DNA of 64,000 bases from assembly GCF_009914755.1 (NCBI RefSeq), contig NC_060927.1; one strand, given 5' to 3'. How positions within the stretch are numbered: the first letter of the stretch is position 1; the number at the start of each line of letters is the position of its first letter. This document shows positions 48,191 through 62,862 of this stretch, piece by piece. The stretch is from the human T2T-CHM13v2.0 reference genome, Homo sapiens. Under the pieces are notes generated by a model, which worked only from the letters and a program-made list of their open reading frames with translations, made no database searches and was not told where the DNA came from. The translations under genes were made by a program, and so were the position numbers.

Positions 48191-48752
48191 TAAAAGAGAC
48201 AAAAACAAAGAGAAAAATACAGTGAAAACAAACAGTAAAAAACAAACAAAAACAGAAGAGTGGTTTTTTAAAAAATATAAACCTCAAAGAGATTAAGTGA
48301 AAATATGACCTATACAAAACAAGAACAGGATGTTATAAAAAGGAAGCTTCATACATAAAACAAGAAAAAAGTCTTGGAAGTTAAAAACTGAGATTCTCAA
48401 CAGGTTGGAAGATAAAATTGAGAAAAATCTTCCAGAAAGTAAAACAGAAAGATAAGAGGATGGACAACAGGAGAGAGAAGATGAGAAAGCTAGAGACTGT
48501 TCTAGAAGTCCACATCTACTGAATAAGTGATCCAGAAATAGTAAACAAGGAAAACAGTAACCATGTAATTACCAGGCAGTAATATGAGGAAATGTTCAGG
48601 ATTAAAGGATGTGACTCTCCAGATTAAAAGGGTTCATCAAATGCATAGCATAATGGTTGGAGTAAAACACACATACACACACACACACGCACGCACACAC
48701 ACACCCCTCCAAGGCACATCATTGTGAAATATCAAAATGTTATTTAAAATCA

Positions 48753-49055
<303 letters not shown>

Positions 49056-49072
49056 TATATGCGAGGCCTTAA

Positions 49073-49711
<639 letters not shown>

Positions 49712-50684
49712 TTAATAACTTCAGGAAAGACAAAAGGTTTACAAGAAAAGAAACGTGATCATTGAGTAATTTGGCTCAACAGAGAACAAGGTTTTCGTGA
49801 ACATAATAATGTAAACTCTTGTTGTGATAACATTATGTTGAAAGATTACAGGGAAGGAAAGCTTATGGTAAGAGGTTAGGTAAGGATACTAAATCCTTAT
49901 TTGAAATCAGTGAATGATGTCTAACACTGAAAAATCAAGAAAGAGCAGTATAAGTGTATTTTGCAGAAATATAGAGCTAGTGCCAGAAGAAACAAATAGA
50001 AGTTGAAAGTGGTAGCCTTTGGCGCATGAGACAGGGTGGAGGAGGAAATAGGAATTTTTGTTTTTTCATTATAAGCCTTTAAATACTATTTAACGCTTTG
50101 TTTACTATTTGCATATCTTTAATAAAAAATAAAATTTAATTTTAAAAAAATACATGAAAAACAGAAAGGCAGTGAAGAGACAGTTCAACAAAAAAAGAAC
50201 TGCAGATGCCCCTTAAACATACGAAGAGATGTTTGATCTTACTAAAAATAAGAAAAATGCAAATTAAAGCTAAATTGAGATATTCTTTCTCATTTATCAG
50301 ATTGGTAAAACTTCAGCGGTTGGATGACACCCTCTTTTGGTGATGCCGTGGGGGAACGCAACATGATTCAACCCCAATGAAAGAGAAGTTGCAATAACCG
50401 CTAAGACTGCAGATGCATTTGACTCAGCAAACCCCCTTCAAGAAATGCATATGAAAAAAACTCATGTTTCAGGTTATTCATTACAACATTGTTTGTAATA
50501 GCAAAATGTGGATTAGAAATAGTCCAGATGTCTGTCCGTAGGGGACTGTTTAATAAACTATTGTCAGTCCCTTAGTGGAAAGTAATTATTTTCTCAGTGA
50601 ATAAAGGAAAAAAATGACATAATTTTATAACCAGCTTCCAGGCCCTCCAAAACACAGAGAGCTGTGTTGAAAGCCTCACAGACT

Positions 50685-50990
50685 GGTCGGGCGCGGTGGC
50701 TCACGCCTGTAATCCCAGCACTTTGGGAGGCCGAGGCGGGTGGATCTCGAGGTCAGGAGATGGAGACCATCCTGGCTAACACAGTGAAACCCCGTCTCTA
50801 CTAAAAATACAAAAAATTAGCCGGGCGTGGTGGCAGGTGCCTGTAGTCCCAGCTACTCAGGGGGCTGAGGCAGGAGAATGGCCTGAACCCTGGAGGCGGA
50901 GTTTGCAGTGAGCAGAGATTGTGCCACTGCACTCCAGCCTGGGCGACAGAGCGAGACTCCGTCTCAAAAAAAAAAAAAAAAAAAAAAAAA
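50685..50990 (+). mobile_element. Alu (Y-like)
   Basis: Full dimer; TSD GAAAGCCTC.CAGAC. Confidence 0.95.
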
Positions 50991-53120
50991 GAAAGCCTCT
51001 CAGACAGAGAGACTCTTTGACCTCCCTAAACCTGAGCATACGAAGAACCCCTTTCAAAACCTCAGACACAAAGCGAGAGAGTGTGTCAGATTTAACGTCA
51101 GTCCTAGGTCTAAATCCCAGCTTGGCTACTTTTTATTTGCTGTGACACTCTGGACTTTGGCTCACCGTCGGTAGGCTGGGGATAGGACTCCCTGCCTTGT
51201 CAGGTTGTTGTGAGGGTGGAGTGGACTAGAGTATGTGATACAGAAGCTACAGGGCCTGGCCCACAGTAAGCGCTCCACAAACAGGAGTTGATAGGAATAG
51301 TAGCACCGGAAGAAAGAATCCTGTCTCCAGGACAGTATTCATTGTAGAAGGAAAGTCACGTTGAAAATCCCAAGAGAAGAAGCAAAAGTCACTTCTCTGA
51401 AGAGAAGAATTGAAGGAATTTCCTCTCATGACCAGGCAGTTTTGGGAGAGGCTCTGTATACACAGTCAGATGCCTTCACCCTCATGTTCTCCAGCTTCTC
51501 ATTGCCGTTGCCTCCTCTGACGACCGGCAGAGACTTTCCCTAAGTATCCTGGATCAGCAGGGCTGGAAGGACCCAAGCCCAAATTCCCATTTAGGATGAG
51601 AAACCCAAGAACCAGAGAAGACCAGTGATCAACTCGAGGGCACACAGCCAGCGGGCCTGGTCCACAGCCAGGCCAACCCGCTAACAAAACTGCTTCCAGG
51701 TATGCATTTTATGATAGCAAGGGATACAAAAGGATCAACCTAAATGTGCGTCCCCAGGGCATTGAGCTAACTTGACTTCACTCACTCCTGAGAGGGGCTG
51801 CAGTCAACGTGAAAGCACGTGATCAAGGTTGGTGGAGAAAGTAATGTGTTTATATCAACCCATTTTGATGGCTGTGTTTACACTTTATATTTTACACACT
51901 TCCCATGGAATGAAGTCCCAGACCTAGTGGCAGCTTGCATTGCAGTAACAAGGATTTCCAGAACATACCCAGTCCCTGCTCCAGCAATGACCAGATATAT
52001 AATGCTGAGTTTTCATTTCCTCATCTGTGAAATATCAGCCACCTTCATCATGCTGTTACAAAAATAAAATCAGATAACTATGTCTGTCTGGCACACAGCA
52101 GCCACTGCTTCCCTCAAACCCAGATATCCCCTTGTCTTATCAACACAGGAGACCTAATGAGTCCCACAGCAACCTGCTGATCCTGCTCTATGAATTACAA
52201 AGAAACGTTTCCCCCCAAGCACCTCAAAAAAAAAAAAAAGAAAGAAAGAAAACGCTTTCCATAATACTTTCATAGGTTAATCGTTTTCAATTTCCTCAGC
52301 CAGAATCAAGAGTTAAGAAGAATCTCATTAAGAAGAATTCTAAGGGTATTTCTTTTCAAGTTCCCAAATACTTTCTTCATTATCCACATTGCCCTTGCAG
52401 GCTGGTTCCCCCATGTCCATGCTGATATGGAGAACACTGGATCAGGTGTATTCACTGGGTTCCCAGCGCTATAAAATTCCTACCCCAGGGACGTGCTCAT
52501 GGGAAACACTCAATAAGTCATCCTTAGCTGAATCAAGCAGAATCAGAAAAAGAATTCCAAGAAAGATATATTGAGCATCTACTTACTATATGCTAGACAC
52601 TGTGTAGGACCCTTTTCACGCTCTTGTTTAATTATGACAGCCCTGAAAGGTGATCATCATTGTGCTCACCTTACAGATGATGAAACAGACATTCAGAGCA
52701 CTTTGTGACTTGCCTAAAGTTTCACTGTCAAGAAGGAACCAAGTCTCCTGACTTCAGGCCTTCCCACTATGAGATCACCAGTTTATCGTAACTAGAGGCC
52801 TCTCCCATCTAAAGCATCTTTGTAACTGCTTTCCCTTTCCCCACACTGCCTACACATAAAGAAGCCCCTAATTTGTAACAAGTCATTTGACAACTCCAGA
52901 AGAGGGGCCACATCCTTTTTCTCTATGTCTGTTGATTAACAAAGACAACATTATGTTTCCAACACCAGTCAGACCAAGGGGGAAAAAAGTCCCCATGACT
53001 TCAGTAATTTTCCATCCTTTGGAACAAGGAAATATACACAAAAGGTTTACTATAGAATGTAAGCATTGCTTTTAAATGATGCCAATCTCTCTTTTAATGT
53101 GGCCTAAATCCTAAAATTTA

Positions 53121-53490
<370 letters not shown>

Positions 53491-53608
53491 TTAATATATA
53501 TGTAAACCATAAATATCATGGCCAACTGTTCAAGATTGGGCTCTCACACTAACACACCTCTTCCTTGCAACTTGCACCCAATTTGACTCTGGTCCTAGGC
53601 ATGCTGAC

Positions 53609-53901
53609 CTGAAATAGTTGCTGGCTGCGGCAAGCACCACGCGGTGGCAGGAGAATTCCTGAATGTCCACACACAAGATGACATCTGTCAGAGCGTTTTC
53701 CATTCGCAGGGTTTCCAGGCCATTCTGAAGAATTAAGGAGAGTCCCGCGTCGTCAAATTTGACCTTTTCCCCATTTAAGATCTCGACCAAGTCTCCTGTT
53801 TTCTGGGAGGGCTCATCTGTAGAAGGTGCCAGGGGCCCTTCCAAACTCTTCTCGACCACATCACCCATGGTCCAGGCGCCCCTTTGTCCTGCCATCAACA
53901 T
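53609..53901 (-). CDS. KLHL6: KLHL6 coding exon 1 (N-terminus and first part of BTB/POZ domain), 293 nt
   Basis: Translates [22 protein letters not shown]...[27 protein letters not shown](R), a BTB-Kelch signature recognised as human KLHL6. ATG at 53901-53899; donor AG|GTCAGC at 53608; phase 2. Confidence 0.97.
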
Positions 53902-53925
53902 CGAGACTGAAGGAGCGCCCAAGTG

Positions 53926-53940
53926 TCAGGCAGGCCCCAT
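53926..53940 (-). other. Short upstream ORF (M-G-P-A-stop), in frame with the KLHL6 CDS
   Basis: Minus strand reads gcaATG GGG CCT GCC TGA cac; the ATG is 39 nt upstream of the main ATG. It is only relevant if the TSS lies upstream of 53940. Confidence 0.55.
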
Positions 53941-54230
53941 TGCAGGAGCTGAGCGGATTTCCTGTGCAGGGCCCTCCACTTATCACCAGCTGTCACACAC
54001 ACATAACAGGAAGTCTCGCACTTTCTCATCCTGTTACTACAAATGCCAGCAACTTCTATTCTTCTTCTTTCTGTGAGTAATCACAGGGTTAGAAATTACT
54101 TAGAATAGGTGTGTGGGAGGGGGTTCTGGAAGAGGAGTGTCCTCTCAGAGTCCACTGTGAGTGCTGTGTGTTTATTTTGGTGCATCTCCCACCTCATATC
54201 CGTGAGCAGGAAGCCTCCGGTGGTGGCTGT
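53941..54230 (-). promoter_or_regulatory. KLHL6 proximal promoter (TATA-less, not a CpG island, haematopoietic motifs)
   Basis: Directly upstream of exon 1. ETS cores at 53957-53964 (CAGGAAAT, minus) and 54006-54014 (ACAGGAAGT); GATA TGATAAG 53979-53985 (minus); E-box CAGCTG 53987-53992; IRF/PRDM1-like GAGAAAGTG 54019-54027 (minus). Confidence 0.7.
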
Positions 54231-54231
54231 T

Positions 54232-54394
54232 ACATTTGTACTCCTAATGCTATCAATAACCCAAGTCGTCAATGAGGGGATGGACAGGAGACAGTCTATA
54301 ATCCTCCTGCTTCACATTTGTACTCCTAGTGGCTCAATAACCCAAGTCGTCAGCGAGGGGATGGACAGGAGACAGTCTATGATCCTCCCACTTC
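54232..54394. repeat. ~81-bp tandem duplication in the promoter region
   Basis: ACATTTGTACTCCTA...TCAATAACCCAAGTCGTCA..GAGGGGATGGACAGGAGACAGTCTAT.ATCCTCC at 54232 and 54314. Confidence 0.95.
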
Positions 54395-54835
54395 CTCCTC
54401 CCAGGAGTCTGAGACCCCACAATGATCCAACAACCGTGCTTTGTAAACCATGGAAACCCCACTTATCCCTGACATTCTCATTTCTGGCGGCACTGCAGAT
54501 CGTCTATCTTCATCCTCCTCCCTACCCAGGGGAAAACAACGTCATGGCAAACTTTCATGTCTTCCCCCACCAAAAAAAATGTCTATTGTTTCGAATATGC
54601 TTTGGGGGCACAGAAGAAATGGTTTCCAAAACTCCATCAACAGCATCTTCTCAGAGGATGAGTCAGGGTGGGTCTACACCGAATTGCCATAGCACGTCTC
54701 AGATTAGCCCAACGTCTACTGACCGTGCATCTAACGGTGGATCCTGAAGTATTTTCATTACCTCTGCATGTCTCAGTTAAGTAGTAATAACTGTCATTAT
54801 TAAAATCCCATGATATCCTGGGGAAGTTATAGGAG

Positions 54836-55492
54836 CGTATCAGTTAGCGTTCTCTCACGCCCAACAGTAATGCTTTACCAGGTTGCTAGGTATTTCTTAG
54901 CCCAGCAAACTTGACATCTAAAATTAACCATTACAATTACAGTCATACCCAGCATAATGATATTTCAGTCGATGATGGACTCCAGAGAGACAGAACCAAA
55001 AGGATACCTAGAGAGGCATAGCAGAGGGAAATTATTAGGGGAATTGGCTCACGTGATTATGGAGACTGAGAAGTCGCATGACAGACTGCTGAGAGCTCAG
55101 TTCAAGTCCAAAGGCCTCAGAACCAGAGAAGATGGTATAACTCTCAGTCCAAAGCCAAAGGCCTGAGAATCCAGGGGGTGGGGAGACTGGTGTAAGTCCT
55201 GAAGTCCAAAGGCAGGGGATCCTGGAGTCCTGTTGTTCAAGGCAGGAGATGACTGTATCCCAGCCTCAGGAGATAGAGACATCGACCTTTCTTCTGTTTT
55301 TGTTTTCTCTGGGCCCCTGGCTGATTGGATGGTGCCCACCCACACTGAGAGTGTATCTTCTCTACCGAGTCCACTCAGACTCACTAATCTCTCCTGGAAA
55401 CAACCTCACAGACACGCCCCATGGTAATGCTTTAACAGGTTGCTAGGTATTTCTTAGCCCAGTAAACTTGACATCTAAAATTAACGGTCACA
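54836..55492 (-). mobile_element. ERVL LTR, MLT2 family, carrying a 126-bp templated insertion
   Basis: Plus strand reads GTATCAGTTAGCGTTCTC...CAGAGAGACAGAACC...GGAATTGGCTCACGTGATTATGGAG...AAAATTAACGGTCACA, the reverse complement of an MLT2 LTR. Confidence 0.78.
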
Positions 55493-55496
55493 AGTA

Positions 55497-55590
55497 CAGT
55501 CATGCCCAGCACAATGACATTTCAATCGATGATGGACTGAATATACAATTGTGGTCCCAAAAGATTATAATGGAGCATATAAAGAAACCT
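55497..55590 (+). mobile_element. Tigger3-like DNA transposon 5' end fragment
   Basis: TA|CAGTCATGCCCAGCACAATGACATTTCAATCGATGATGGACTGAATATAC...GGTCCC..AAGATTATAATGGAG. Confidence 0.7.
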
Positions 55591-55594
55591 GACG

Positions 55595-55985
<391 letters not shown>

Positions 55986-56057
55986 TTACTAAGAGTTTCG
56001 AAAGAAAACTTAAATAAATATACCAAGTTCCTTTATGGAAAGACTAAATATTATTAA

Positions 56058-56440
<383 letters not shown>

Positions 56441-56821
56441 AGTTTAGGTTAAATGTAAATGAACAGTATCAAGATAGGTTCAAAGCACAGTGGGACTATC
56501 TGTAAAAGGATAAACATTAAGTCTAGACTTTACAGTGGACCCAAAGTCTTTTCTCCCTGGAAACTACAAAATTGAGATAGATGTGGAATGTTGTATTCAG
56601 AAGCCCCGTATCTGAGTTGGAAATTGAGACTGCTTCCCAGTGTCAAAGTGATTTAGATCTTCCAGACAACTATGAGATCTCATTCTTACTGACACAATGG
56701 CAAACAACAAAGTTTCTGATGGTCTGTGATTTTTAGAAAACAATTTTTCTCAGTAAGAATAAGTAGTCACCCACGAAGGGTATCCTTATGACACATTTAT
56801 AATTGCAAGGAGTCACTTAAG

Positions 56822-57017
56822 GAAACGTTATTTCTTTTTAACGTTTCATCTGTGTCTGACTTCCTAGCCTGATGAATGGGAGGGCAGATTTTTTACTTTC
56901 CGATCTGACCTAATCTTTGAAGAAACGTTGTTTCTTTTTAATGTTTCATCTGTGTCTGACTTCCTAGCCTGATGAATGGGAGGGCAAATTTTTACTTTCT
57001 GATCTGACCTAATCTTT
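56822..57017. repeat. ~100-bp tandem duplication
   Basis: GAAACGTT.TTTCTTTTTAA.GTTTCATCTGTGTCTGACTTCCTAGCCTGATGAATGGGAGGGCA...GATCTGACCTAATCTTT at 56822 and 56922. Confidence 0.95.
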
Positions 57018-57107
57018 CCTTTCTCGCCCTTTTTAAGATTAATAGTCATGAATTTAAATTGAGACCTGGCAGGCGGCCAAGGTCAGCTTCCAAAAGTTAT
57101 ATGCTTG

Positions 57108-57431
<324 letters not shown>

Positions 57432-57472
57432 AGTCATATGTTAAGCTGTGTTCAATGGAACTATGGAGGGTC

Positions 57473-57792
<320 letters not shown>

Positions 57793-58391
57793 TTAAACTG
57801 AATCTGCCCTTAGACTTCAGTGTCAAGGTGAAGCAGAGATGAAGCCAGGTGAATGAAGGAGACTGAGGTAAGACAGGACAGGAGGGTAGGAGGAGAAAGG
57901 TGGGAATTCAAGAGGGTCTAAGATTTTTGCATATGTCAGAGCTGGGCTCCAGGACTCCCACTTGGCCCCACTGGTGGCCTCCTGCTTAGCTAAGAGGGCC
58001 TCACTGAAAGAGGTAGGGTCAACACAGATTCCATGCCATACCCTATCCCCAGCTTCTGTGACCTTTCTCCTATACATAGATATCAAACCTTACTCCCTAG
58101 TCACTCTCTTCTGCTTTATATATTTTAATGCTCTAAATCTCTGTTCAAAGTACGGTGTTGTTATATCCTTGCTATTGATTGTACCTTTTATTAGTATTAA
58201 ATATCCCTGTTTATCCTGTTAATTTTTTTCTTTAAATAATTTTCTGATTTGTCTGGAGTTTCTATTGCCACTCCTGCTTTCTTTTCATTTACTTTTCCTA
58301 ATATATCTTTGCCTGTTCTTTGTGTTCTGGGAAATAGACATCTTTTCTTAATGTTTCTGATGGTTGTAATGATGTTTCAACAAATAGTAAG

Positions 58392-58507
58392 CCAATATTT
58401 ATCTAATTATCACAGCACAAAGCTTAGAGATAACTTGGATAATCTCCAGGCTTGGATAACTTGGATTATCTCTAGGCTCTGTGCTACAATAACTAGATAA
58501 ACATTGG
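58392..58507. repeat. 42-bp inverted repeat with 32-nt spacer (probable palindromic MITE relic)
   Basis: 58392-58433 vs reverse complement of 58466-58507: 35/42 identical, no gaps. Confidence 0.9.
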
Positions 58508-59119
58508 TATCCAACTGCTTACTTAACATCTACACTTGAGGGTCTAACATTTGAGGCATCCTCCAACTAAATACATCCCAAGCCAAAACCTGGATGGAAC
58601 ACACCAAACATGTCCCTTCACCGGGCTGTGTTTGGGTAGGGACACGTGAAAGAGATTTGGGGTAGTTGGCAAAGTTCAATTTCTTGACCTTAGTGGTGTT
58701 TACAACAGTATTGTGTGCCTTATAATAATTCACTAAGCTATACATTTGTTTGTATCATTTTCCATGTTTTATTTGACAACACAAAGGTAATAACAACCAT
58801 AACAATAATAGTCAACATGCATTGATGCCAGCACTTTGCTAGTTAGTAGCTGAATGGGACTGCAGTTCCAGACTTCCAGCTCCTGAGCCAGCGCCTGACA
58901 CCCCACCCCATGCTGAAGGAGCACACTCAGGACTTCACGTCTTCCTGATAAGTGTGAGGCAAATGAAATATCCACCCATGCCTCAGACAAGACCAGCTTT
59001 GCCTGCCATCTTGTGGCCTCTTTCTGGTTCCAGTTAATACCTGAGGGCCCAGAAAACAGAGAAGCTGCAGCTTTTACCTCAGGTCAGGGTTCCTCTGAGT
59101 ATCCTCAGCTCCCAGGTAG

Positions 59120-59420
59120 AGTGTGCCGGCCTCTCCCAATCGCGGCCTCCCGCAGACGCCGCTGGCCTGGCCTCTTCCTCCGCCTGATTCAAGGGTGCCC
59201 AGTGCTCCCAGGCTCCTGCTCATCAAATGCCTGGCCCTGGGCTCCTCAGGCCAACTCCTCTTGCCAACCACATCCCGTCATAATAATAACGAAAGATAGA
59301 TGCCTTCATCCAAAACAATGACACGGGGTCTGCCTGAATCCCAAACAGGAAGTTGGGAAGTTGCCGGAGGAGAAAGACAAGCCTGATGGAAGTGGTGAGC
59401 CCAAATATCAAAATCCAAGA
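59120..59420. promoter_or_regulatory. Candidate upstream enhancer (~5.3 kb 5' of KLHL6)
   Basis: Non-repeat CpG-retaining patch (59125-59185) plus clustered ETS cores ACAGGAAGTTGGGAAGTT (~59345-59362) and TGGAAGTG (~59387). Confidence 0.4.
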
Positions 59421-59757
59421 ACAAAGCAGAACCCAGAGCCAAGTGTTTTATAATTTCATCCAGAGGGGATTCTTTTTAAAAGAGCGGCATTAAGGCTTTA
59501 TTTCCTCTTACAAATTCTGCGTACAACACACGCTTTCCATAGCATAATGTTTCTAGTCAACGTAATAAAAGGCTTGTCATATATGAGTTATAATTTTTTA
59601 ACTTTCTATTCAGGACCACCCAGCCTGGTCCCTAGGCGTTACCCTGACATGTCCGCTGCGGACCTGAACTTAGGAAAGCCAGGTATTCCCAAGACCCCTA
59701 CCAGGTGGTTCTGAGCAACCTCTCCTTAAAACAATGTCCGCAAAATGGTGGAAGTAA

Positions 59758-60293
<536 letters not shown>

Positions 60294-61365
60294 CTACCCT
60301 CAACAAGTAGTGAAATCAGGGAAGTTTGTCCTTAACAAACCACATCCCATTTTTCATCCCACCCCAAAACCCCACATTTCTTTTATTAAAAAATTAACTT
60401 TTGCTGGGTGTTTTTCTGGTTATGAAACAATAATAAGTTACCTTGTTGAAAACCTGGAAAATTCAGAAAAGAATCAAAATTAACATTTGGTATGCTGCAG
60501 TAGACTTGTACTGACCCTAGGGAGTTGATTTTGTGCATTTCTTCCTCACTTCAAGGGCAGTGACTTGGTGTTGGTTGAAATTAGCCATGATAGGGATATT
60601 TACACCATAGAAATTGATAAATGCTATGAATCAGGGCTTTGTCCTTGAGAGCCAGTTGCTGAACATTCACTATCACCCCACTGTGACCCCACCCTCCTCT
60701 TTAGATTGCCGAGGTCCTGCGGCCTCCTTGCATGTGCACCTCCCTCCAGCTCCAGTTCGGGCTCTACTCTTGGATTTCAGAGAGATTCTGCCTGACCCCC
60801 TTTTCATGAAGTAGATTGATTGTGTCTCTGCTCCTTACAGGCAAACGCACTTACCCGAAACAGAGGCAGAGCAGTATTGGGACACTCATCTGCCAGGCCC
60901 AAATGCTGTACCACTCTTCCTCTGCAGACCCCAGTGTGGTCCTCACCTCCAAGTTCTCGCTATAGAAGCCACATCTGCTCCCATCAGCAAAAAAAATAAA
61001 GCAAAAAAAAAGCCACTTCTGCAGCCCAGCTTGGCACCTTCCAGCTTCTATACCTGCCCTGAGGCCAATCTAGTTTTCTCATAAAGGGAATTTCCCGACA
61101 GATACTAACTTTTGGACCATCCCATGTAGCCTCACGCTTGTCCCAGGATGGCGTTGTGTCCTGGTTTGCCTCTTGACCAGGCTTGCCCAAGTTATTAAGG
61201 GGTCTGGTGGCAGCCCTAAGGGAGCTAGCCTTCCGGTTTGGAGTTCATGGAAGAACACTGTCTCTGGAAGGAAGTGGGAGGAGCAAGGCAAGACTCCAGT
61301 CCTAGAGGAACAGCAATACAAGCCCAGAGAACCAAGGACTGCAGACAGGCATAAGGTCAAAGTAA

Positions 61366-61705
<340 letters not shown>

Positions 61706-62574
61706 TCAATGCCTCAGTTTCATATACCTACAAATTGGAAGTAATAATAGTATCCACCTCAATGTGTTATAGAAATAAGGAAATACGTGAAGCCTGTAGA
61801 ACAATGGCTGGCATATATTAAGCACTATGTAAGCATTAGCTATTATTATGCAAACCCTTCTGTAGAAGAAAAAGTGTGTACATTTGATTCTAAATCAGGC
61901 TTCTGGCTTCAGACCAAAAACTCCTTCAATGCCCTTTGTTAGTATCTACAGGCCATCTATTTTTCCCATGTTATCTTGGATCATTTTCACATAGTCAGTG
62001 TAGATGGGTCCATACACCACCACCTCCCCAGGGAAATAAAGATTTCCATCACCCAACCCTCTGCATCAGAACATTATTCTAACCAGAGTCATAACAATCC
62101 GTAGAAGGATTTATCCATCTGGGACAATGTTCCTTTAAAGAGCCTGAATTAGAGAGCCATTTTGAAAAAAAGTATTTTATAGATGATACTAGTACTAAGA
62201 GCACCATTTATTGAGATGTTACAAAGTGTTCTGTGTACCTTTCCTCATTTTATATCCTTTTATCCTGTAACTTGATAAAATAGATTATTTTCCTTTTTAC
62301 AACTGAGGAAACCCAGGCTTAAAACCAAAGTTGGCTGTTTTGTCCCAGGTCACACAGGTAAGTCAGTAGTAGTGTTTGGCCGCCCATGCCCTATTCTAAT
62401 GAAAAGTTACCAGCCCACATCCTCTATTCCCCAGGAAGCCATTTTCCGGTACCACATGACTCAGCTGTTTCCCCTTATTACTTGGACTAGAGTGAGCGCC
62501 CCCCACCCAAAGACAGCCAAGTACAGAGATTAGTTCAAGGACACGTACAGCTGGCTCAAAAATGTCAGATGGGG

Positions 62575-62862
62575 CCTCACCTGATGCCTCATGCCTGTAA
62601 TCCCAGCACTTTGGGAGGCCAAGGCAGGTGGACAGCTTGTGCCGAGGAGATCAAGACCAGCCTGGGCAAAATAGGGAGGCCCTGTCTCTACAAAAAATTT
62701 GTTAATTAGCTGGATGTGGTGGTGCACACCTGTGGTTCCGACTACTCAGAAGGCTGGGGCGGCATGATCTCTGAAGCCTGGGAGGCGGAGGCTGCAGTGA
62801 GCCATGATCACACCACTGCACTCTAGCCTGGGCAACAGAGTGAGACCATGTCTCAAAAAAAA
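62575..62862 (+). mobile_element. Alu (J-like)
   Basis: Dimer with diverged head. Confidence 0.93.

Noticed and set aside
54109-54747. 212-aa plus-strand ORF divergent from the KLHL6 promoter
   Set aside because: It starts at GTG, has no recognisable domain, and its internal peptide repeat just reflects the 81-bp DNA duplication.
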